Under the pieces are notes generated by a model. That model was not told the DNA's origin, searched no databases, and saw only the letters and a program-made list of their open reading frames with translations. The translations under genes and the position numbers were made by a program. A stretch of DNA of 48,174 bases, filler included, from Stramenopiles sp. TOSAG23-2 (Eukaryota), in the NCBI GenBank assembly GCA_900128395.1. It is 2 parts of 2 records of this genome, joined end to end, with 100 filler letters (N's around TTAATTAATTAA, not from the genome) between each part and the next. Parts side by side here need not be neighbours in the genome. Positions count along the whole stretch, not along the records: positions 24,151 to 48,174 come from LT649473.1; 1 more part is not named here. One strand, written 5' to 3'. Shown in pieces: positions 42,476-48,174 of this stretch. Each line of letters starts with the position of its first letter. Within the stretch, counting starts at the first letter, position 1.

Positions 42476-45400
42476 ATGGATGATTTAGGAAAATTTCATT
42501 TAAGTGTTACACATGGATTTGGTGTTTCGAAAGAAGGTCGTAACTTGGCCGTTATGATGAGTGAGACATCAATATTGTATTCATTAGGTCGAAAAATAGT
42601 CATACATGACATAGAGCATAATAAGCAAAAAGCAATTGATATAGGTTCGAAAGTCAAAGCTGTTACAAGCTTACAAGTTGGTCCGAAAAAACGTTATTTA
42701 GCAATATGTGAAGAGCCAAACGTGAAATCAAATCCACCACAAGTATCAGTTATTGATTTAAAAGCTGAAAAACCAAAACGTTTACGGACGTTATTAAATT
42801 TAAATGATGCTGCAGAAATTGTTTTTACTGGATCAAAATACGTAGACGTAGATTTTTCTAAAGATTCGAAATTAATAGTAGCGGTTACAAATGAGCCGAC
42901 ATTTACTATCATTGTATGGGATTGGTTTCGTACACGTCGTGTTGGAGCATATGATGTACGTACCGTGATAAATCGAGTACGGTTCAATCCATTTGATGCT
43001 GGACAAATATCAAGCAGTGGTGGAGATCATTTTCGTCTATGGAAAGTTCAAGAAAATGTCTTAAAAGCGTATCCGAATTTTCAAGGTGTGACACCAGGCA
43101 CAATTGTTACAGATCATACATGGACGAAAGATGATCGTTTAATCGCCGTAACTGATAGTGCTGGTGTAATGATTATTGACGAAGGTGTTGTAGTACAAAA
43201 TATAAAAAAAATACATTCACAAACTGGAGGGTTTTCTTCTGTTATTGTCGGTGCGAGGGGTTTAATTGCATCAGGGGCAAATGGTCGCATAGCATTGATT
43301 GATATGGTAGCACCAAAAGATAAATTAGATGGGCGTTTACCATTTCGTTTGACTGCAAGTTTTAAAGGCATTAAGAAGACTGGATCAATGGATATTATAA
43401 CATCTTCATTATCCCCGAAGGAAGATGTTGTGACATTTGTATTTAAAGATAATTTTGCTACATTTGCACTTGGTGATGCATATTTAACTGCCGATTCAAC
43501 GAAAAGTAGTGGTACCAGTAAATTGAATGACGGCGATGATGATAATAATGATAGTAAAAGTGGGGAAGAGGACAAACCACTTGAAGTCATTTTGAAACTA
43601 ATGTATGATGGTACACATTCTGGACCTATCACTGATATGGATACATGTCAACGTAAACCATATCTTGTTACCTGTTCACGTGAAGATCAAAGTTTACGTT
43701 TATGGAATTATAGGACCCGTGTATCCGTCGCGACAAAGATATTTACATCAGAATCACAACGACCAATGAGTTGCTCAATCGACCCAATGGGTAACGTTAT
43801 TTTAGTTTGTTTCCCTGGTCGAATACAATTATTTTATATAGATGTGAAAGGTTTAACGATGGATCGTGAAATTATATGTCGTGGTGCTCGAAAAGCATAT
43901 TTTAACCATGGTGGTGGAAATTTCGTTGTTGCATGTGGTAGGAAAATTGAAGTATATCAAACACATTCTGGCTTGCATCTAGGATCGTTTCAAGGGCATT
44001 CCATGCCGATACAATCGATACGTTGGGCTGATGACGATTTAGGATTTATTTCATGTGGTTTAGATGGATTAATATATGAATGGAAAATGGCTGCATTAGG
44101 TACAAATACACGTTCTAGTGAACATCATGGTGGTATAGCCGGGTTGCAATTTGATGTTTTAGCATGTGGTGCACACGGCTCCGTCGTTGCTGCTGGATGC
44201 ATCTTGCCATCTCATTCATCACATCCTGGAAATAAAAAAGCTGCATTAGAAGGCGGAACGAAAAAGCAAGGGCCTGCGTTTGGTCGTAGTTCATATGGCT
44301 CGAAGAAAGATGACAAAAATAAAAAAGATGAACAATCAAAAAAAGCAAAATTGCTCCCTGCAAATACAATCGTACGTGGATGGAAGCAACGCCCGGAAGG
44401 TCCTGGTGATACAATTGATATGCCATCGCGAGTGTTAAGTGCTCTAATGTCTGGCCATCACGTTTTTCTTGGTATGGAAAATGGAAGTTTAATGGTACAT
44501 GATTGGCCATTTAAATCTGGCCAAGTTGAATTAAAATATCCTGCACATAAATGCCCAATCGTTTCCATGACTATATCGAAAGATAGTAACTTTCTGTTTA
44601 CTGGCGGTGAGGATGGCATGATCATGATGATGACAATTATTGATTTAGATGAAAGTTTATCTGGTCAAGGACATGGTGGCGTCGGTGCATCTGCATTTGC
44701 AGCATTAAAACGCCCATATTTAGATGAAAAATATATATTGACTGATTCGGATGTAATAAATTCTACTACAGCTGAAATAAGCGACTTGAAAGCAAATCTA
44801 AATGAAATTGAAGGTGGCCATCGAGTAGCAACAGAGTTAATGAAAACGGCTCATGCAGAATTATTAACGAAAATGAAAGATGATCATCGTGTCCAAATAG
44901 AAACGTTGGAGGAGCAAGAAACACAATTAAAGAAATTGTTGAAAGCAAATCAAAATGAAACAAGTAACGTTTTAAAGGCAAAGGAAGATCGGCATATGAA
45001 AACAGCGAAAGCGCTGGAAGATTTATATGAACGTAAAATTTCACGTGAAACATCAAAGATAGAAAAATTAAATGGTCAATTGCGAGATGCTTTGATTGAA
45101 AAAAGCGATATACAATTAAAAATGAAAATGAGAGTAGATGAATTAACAAAAAAATATGAAGCAAAAATTGATAAATTAGTGAACCGAAGAGTAAGAGAAA
45201 AAAAACAACAAGAGGAATATGTTAAATATGTCAAAAATCGATATGATGAAGTACATCAAAGGAGTGAAAACCAGCAAGATTTAGAAATTGCAAATTTAAA
45301 GCAACAAATCGAAGCAGAGAGAGAATATGCAAAAGCAGATGTTGACGAACATAAAGCAGAGATAGTAGTATTAAGAAAAAGTGTTGGGATGATGAAAGAG

Positions 45401-47239
45401 GCACTGGAGGATGAAGAAGAAAAATGTAGACGTTTAGTAGAAGCACGGACTTTGTCATTAAATAAAATAACAGATTTAGAAAAAGCATTGGACGAACAAA
45501 AATATAAAATATCAGAACTAGATGAACATAGTAAAATGAAGGATAGGCAAATAAAAAATCATTTAAGAAAAGTGGGCGAGTTAGAGCGTGTTCGCCATGT
45601 CTTGCAACATCAATTGCACGAGGCTCGTGGAGAATTAGAACCGATGGATAGAGAAGTTGAAGCAATGAGAGATCGAATTAGTGAATTAAATGAAGAGTAT
45701 AGGAAAGGAATGCGAGCAGCTGCAAAGGTTGAGCAACAGAATGATATTGGAAAACGAAAAGTAGTCAATTTAGCATCTTTAGTTCGCAAACATGAAGCGA
45801 AAATTAATTCTTTAAATTCCATTATTAGTGGATTCTCATATGATGTTGAAAAATTGATTACGGCTACAGCGCCTGCAAAATGGGCAGATGGGGTATTGAA
45901 ATTATACGAGACATACGTAACTAAAATTGGAAAGCGTGGAGGTGCAAATGGTGTGGAAGAAAATACTATACAGGAATTTAATCGTCAGCGTAAATTTATG
46001 GAACGAAGCGTTAAAGCATTGAAGCGAGAATCGAATAAAGCTGCAAAACAAGTTTTCATAGTGAAGAAAAAGGCAATTGTAGAAAACGCAGAATTAATGG
46101 AAGAATTGAATGAGTCACGGCATACATGCAGGCGTTTGAGGCAAGAAGTTGAAAAATTAAAAAGTGAATTATTAGGGGTACAAACTAGGAAAGACATGCG
46201 TAAACGTCTTAGCCAATTTAAATCAAAAAGCACCCCAAAACTACGTCAGATAGAACATGATGAAAATAGCAATATGGGCAATGCTAGTACAATGATGGCA
46301 CAAAGTAGACGACGACAAACTAGCCGCGGGTCGCAATTTTCAGACACCTCTAATAATGCATTTGGGTTTGAAAGACCGACGACGGCTGATTCGATGATAT
46401 CCGATGTCGACAGCGATTATAATATTGGAAGTGGCCATGGTATGAATAGTAGACCACAAACAGCGGAAACAAGGCCACCTACTGCGGATACCCATGGTGA
46501 TATGAATAGTAGACCCCAAACTGCAGATACAGTAGTGTCTGAATTTGCAGACGAAATTAGAGAAGGATTGGGACGTAGCGAGCCTAACAACCTTGACTCG
46601 GGTAGTATTAATGACGATAATAAACGAGCTTCGTTATTGAATCAATTGAAACGCCCATCACAAATGCACCGTGGTAGCGAATCATTACCAAGACCAGCAT
46701 CGTCAGTAATGTTACGTTCACAACAAAGGCCTAAATCTGGTGGAAGACCATATACAGCATCCGAGCGACGCCGTGCGATGGGTGGCGGAAGTTTAGCCAA
46801 AAGCATGAGTGAAATTAGGCAACGAAGGGTTTTGGGATCTCCTGAAAAATTATTGTTAGAATTAGAAACGAGTGAGATGCAAAACGTTGCCCAAGGTATA
46901 CAGATTGAAAATTTACGGAACCAATTAGGGAGTGCATTAAATCGCACGCAAGCATTAGAAACGGTGATTGCACAAAATGGCGTAAGGATGGATGTTGGTG
47001 GGCGAGTCCGAAGGAATAAGAGTACACAAAGAAGGCCAAAATCGTCAAGCGTTGGAATAAGGGATAGGCGTGGTATCTTGCGACAAAAAAACGGTCGAAA
47101 TACTACAAGTAAAAAATTAGATAAATCGAAGATTAAAGTAAGACCGGCAACAAGTGGTGGTACTGGTATGACATTGAAAGCAAGCATTGTTGTAACTAAA
47201 AGTGAAGAAAAGGAACAACAGATGATGAGAAAGAAGTAA
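42476..47239 (+). CDS. CFAP57: CFAP57 (WDR65)-like WD40 + coiled-coil axonemal protein
   Basis: N-terminal WD40 propellers including HSGPITDMDTCQRKPYLVTCS..SLRLWNY and FNHGG..., a long coiled coil with ALEDLYERKI..E and EFNRQRKFMERSVKALK, and a disordered tail. Confidence 0.88.
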   Translation: MDDLGKFHLSVTHGFGVSKEGRNLAVMMSETSILYSLGRKIVIHDIEHNKQKAIDIGSKVKAVTSLQVGPKKRYLAICEEPNVKSNPPQVSVIDLKAEKPKRLRTLLNLNDAAEIVFTGSKYVDVDFSKDSKLIVAVTNEPTFTIIVWDWFRTRRVGAYDVRTVINRVRFNPFDAGQISSSGGDHFRLWKVQENVLKAYPNFQGVTPGTIVTDHTWTKDDRLIAVTDSAGVMIIDEGVVVQNIKKIHSQTGGFSSVIVGARGLIASGANGRIALIDMVAPKDKLDGRLPFRLTASFKGIKKTGSMDIITSSLSPKEDVVTFVFKDNFATFALGDAYLTADSTKSSGTSKLNDGDDDNNDSKSGEEDKPLEVILKLMYDGTHSGPITDMDTCQRKPYLVTCSREDQSLRLWNYRTRVSVATKIFTSESQRPMSCSIDPMGNVILVCFPGRIQLFYIDVKGLTMDREIICRGARKAYFNHGGGNFVVACGRKIEVYQTHSGLHLGSFQGHSMPIQSIRWADDDLGFISCGLDGLIYEWKMAALGTNTRSSEHHGGIAGLQFDVLACGAHGSVVAAGCILPSHSSHPGNKKAALEGGTKKQGPAFGRSSYGSKKDDKNKKDEQSKKAKLLPANTIVRGWKQRPEGPGDTIDMPSRVLSALMSGHHVFLGMENGSLMVHDWPFKSGQVELKYPAHKCPIVSMTISKDSNFLFTGGEDGMIMMMTIIDLDESLSGQGHGGVGASAFAALKRPYLDEKYILTDSDVINSTTAEISDLKANLNEIEGGHRVATELMKTAHAELLTKMKDDHRVQIETLEEQETQLKKLLKANQNETSNVLKAKEDRHMKTAKALEDLYERKISRETSKIEKLNGQLRDALIEKSDIQLKMKMRVDELTKKYEAKIDKLVNRRVREKKQQEEYVKYVKNRYDEVHQRSENQQDLEIANLKQQIEAEREYAKADVDEHKAEIVVLRKSVGMMKEALEDEEEKCRRLVEARTLSLNKITDLEKALDEQKYKISELDEHSKMKDRQIKNHLRKVGELERVRHVLQHQLHEARGELEPMDREVEAMRDRISELNEEYRKGMRAAAKVEQQNDIGKRKVVNLASLVRKHEAKINSLNSIISGFSYDVEKLITATAPAKWADGVLKLYETYVTKIGKRGGANGVEENTIQEFNRQRKFMERSVKALKRESNKAAKQVFIVKKKAIVENAELMEELNESRHTCRRLRQEVEKLKSELLGVQTRKDMRKRLSQFKSKSTPKLRQIEHDENSNMGNASTMMAQSRRRQTSRGSQFSDTSNNAFGFERPTTADSMISDVDSDYNIGSGHGMNSRPQTAETRPPTADTHGDMNSRPQTADTVVSEFADEIREGLGRSEPNNLDSGSINDDNKRASLLNQLKRPSQMHRGSESLPRPASSVMLRSQQRPKSGGRPYTASERRRAMGGGSLAKSMSEIRQRRVLGSPEKLLLELETSEMQNVAQGIQIENLRNQLGSALNRTQALETVIAQNGVRMDVGGRVRRNKSTQRRPKSSSVGIRDRRGILRQKNGRNTTSKKLDKSKIKVRPATSGGTGMTLKASIVVTKSEEKEQQMMRKK

Positions 47240-48174
47240 AAAAACAAAAAAATAAAACACGATATTTATATATTATGGTTAAAATCTAAGTTATAATATT
47301 TTTATGTTTCTCGTGTTAAAGTAATATGCTCAATACTCAATCGCAAGAATAATATGTTATCCTACTATAGTAAAGCTCTAATGCACCTCTGCAAACTAAT
47401 ACTCTACAAGCACAAGTAGGTTTCTATCCTTCCAACATGTTCGAACGTTGAACGCGCTGAACGTCGGGTTCACTCGATAGCGGTGAGGCTGTCCAAGTGA
47501 AAGATCCTGTTGTATATATATAAAAAATTCTCTTATTTATTAAACTAAAGATTTTATTTACTCATAAGTATATATATAATATATAATGTAAACACTACGC
47601 CTGATTTCAGAAATTTACTATACAATTCATTTTTTCCTGTGTTTGCTTCAATATATTCCTTTGTGAACTGTTTTGGTAAGGACATGGTATGTACGTACGT
47701 ATGTACGTATGTATGTATGTATGTATGTAATGTAATGTAATAATGTATGTTGAGATGTGTGATCCTATAATAAAAGGTTTATTATTAGGGTTTATTAGGT
47801 TAGACGAAGAATAATGACAGTTATACTGTAGTATTACCTTGCTGTAATCCTGTCCTATTATTTCCTTAATATTCTAATTGATATTAACGACGAATAATTT
47901 ATGAACGACCTAACAATCTGAGATTCGGTAAACACTTGATTAACTATTATGGGAATATCAAAACGCACACTAGTGTGAGATACGAACTTCGTAGGATTAT
48001 TATTTCAGTTAAATTTGTATATTCTTTTGAAGAAGAGTAGGAATTATCATGAGTAAATTAAAAATAAAGTAATGCGGCCTAAAAATTTATAAAAAAAAAA
48101 AATACTTCAATCATACTCCTTATAAAGTATAGTATCATCCTCATCGTAAGAAATATGTTTGCTAGTATGACAAC

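Noticed and set aside
47430-47510. Short GC-richer patch as a tRNA or snRNA
   Set aside because: No cloverleaf or recognisable U-snRNA/5S motif could be built.

Overview
AT-rich, gene-dense, intron-poor nuclear DNA from a eukaryote. It uses the standard code and has short GT-AG introns. Axonemal genes (CFAP52-, CFAP57- and CFAP36/BART-like) imply a flagellated protist; a stramenopile is plausible but cannot be proven from this window. About 18 protein genes are supported: SEC11, a bacterial-type alpha2 glycyl-tRNA synthetase, an MFS transporter, an ankyrin protein, NMD3, a CCR4 deadenylase, an ABHD4/5-like hydrolase, a retinoblastoma homolog next to a CINP-like gene, USE1, ACBP, the ciliary genes and a few hypotheticals. 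The standout region is a divergent, intronless gene pair at 8.9-19.6 kb. One gene encodes a coiled-coil + bacterial-style caspase-like (peptidase C14) protease with an intact His-Cys dyad (STHG...HGACR), fused to about 15 MORN repeats. The other encodes a 2307-aa SMCHD1/GMI1-like protein (GHKL ATPase + SMC hinge). Non-coding signals include a MITE-like element with ~47-bp inverted repeats and TA flanks, an E2F-like site upstream of the Rb gene, and yeast-like TACTAAC branch points. The assembly has artefacts: a synthetic 100-bp N/TTAATTAATTAA linker at 24051-24150 and many 50-140 bp tandem duplications, some of which look like two alleles placed side by side. All protein calls come from remembered motifs; no database search was run.
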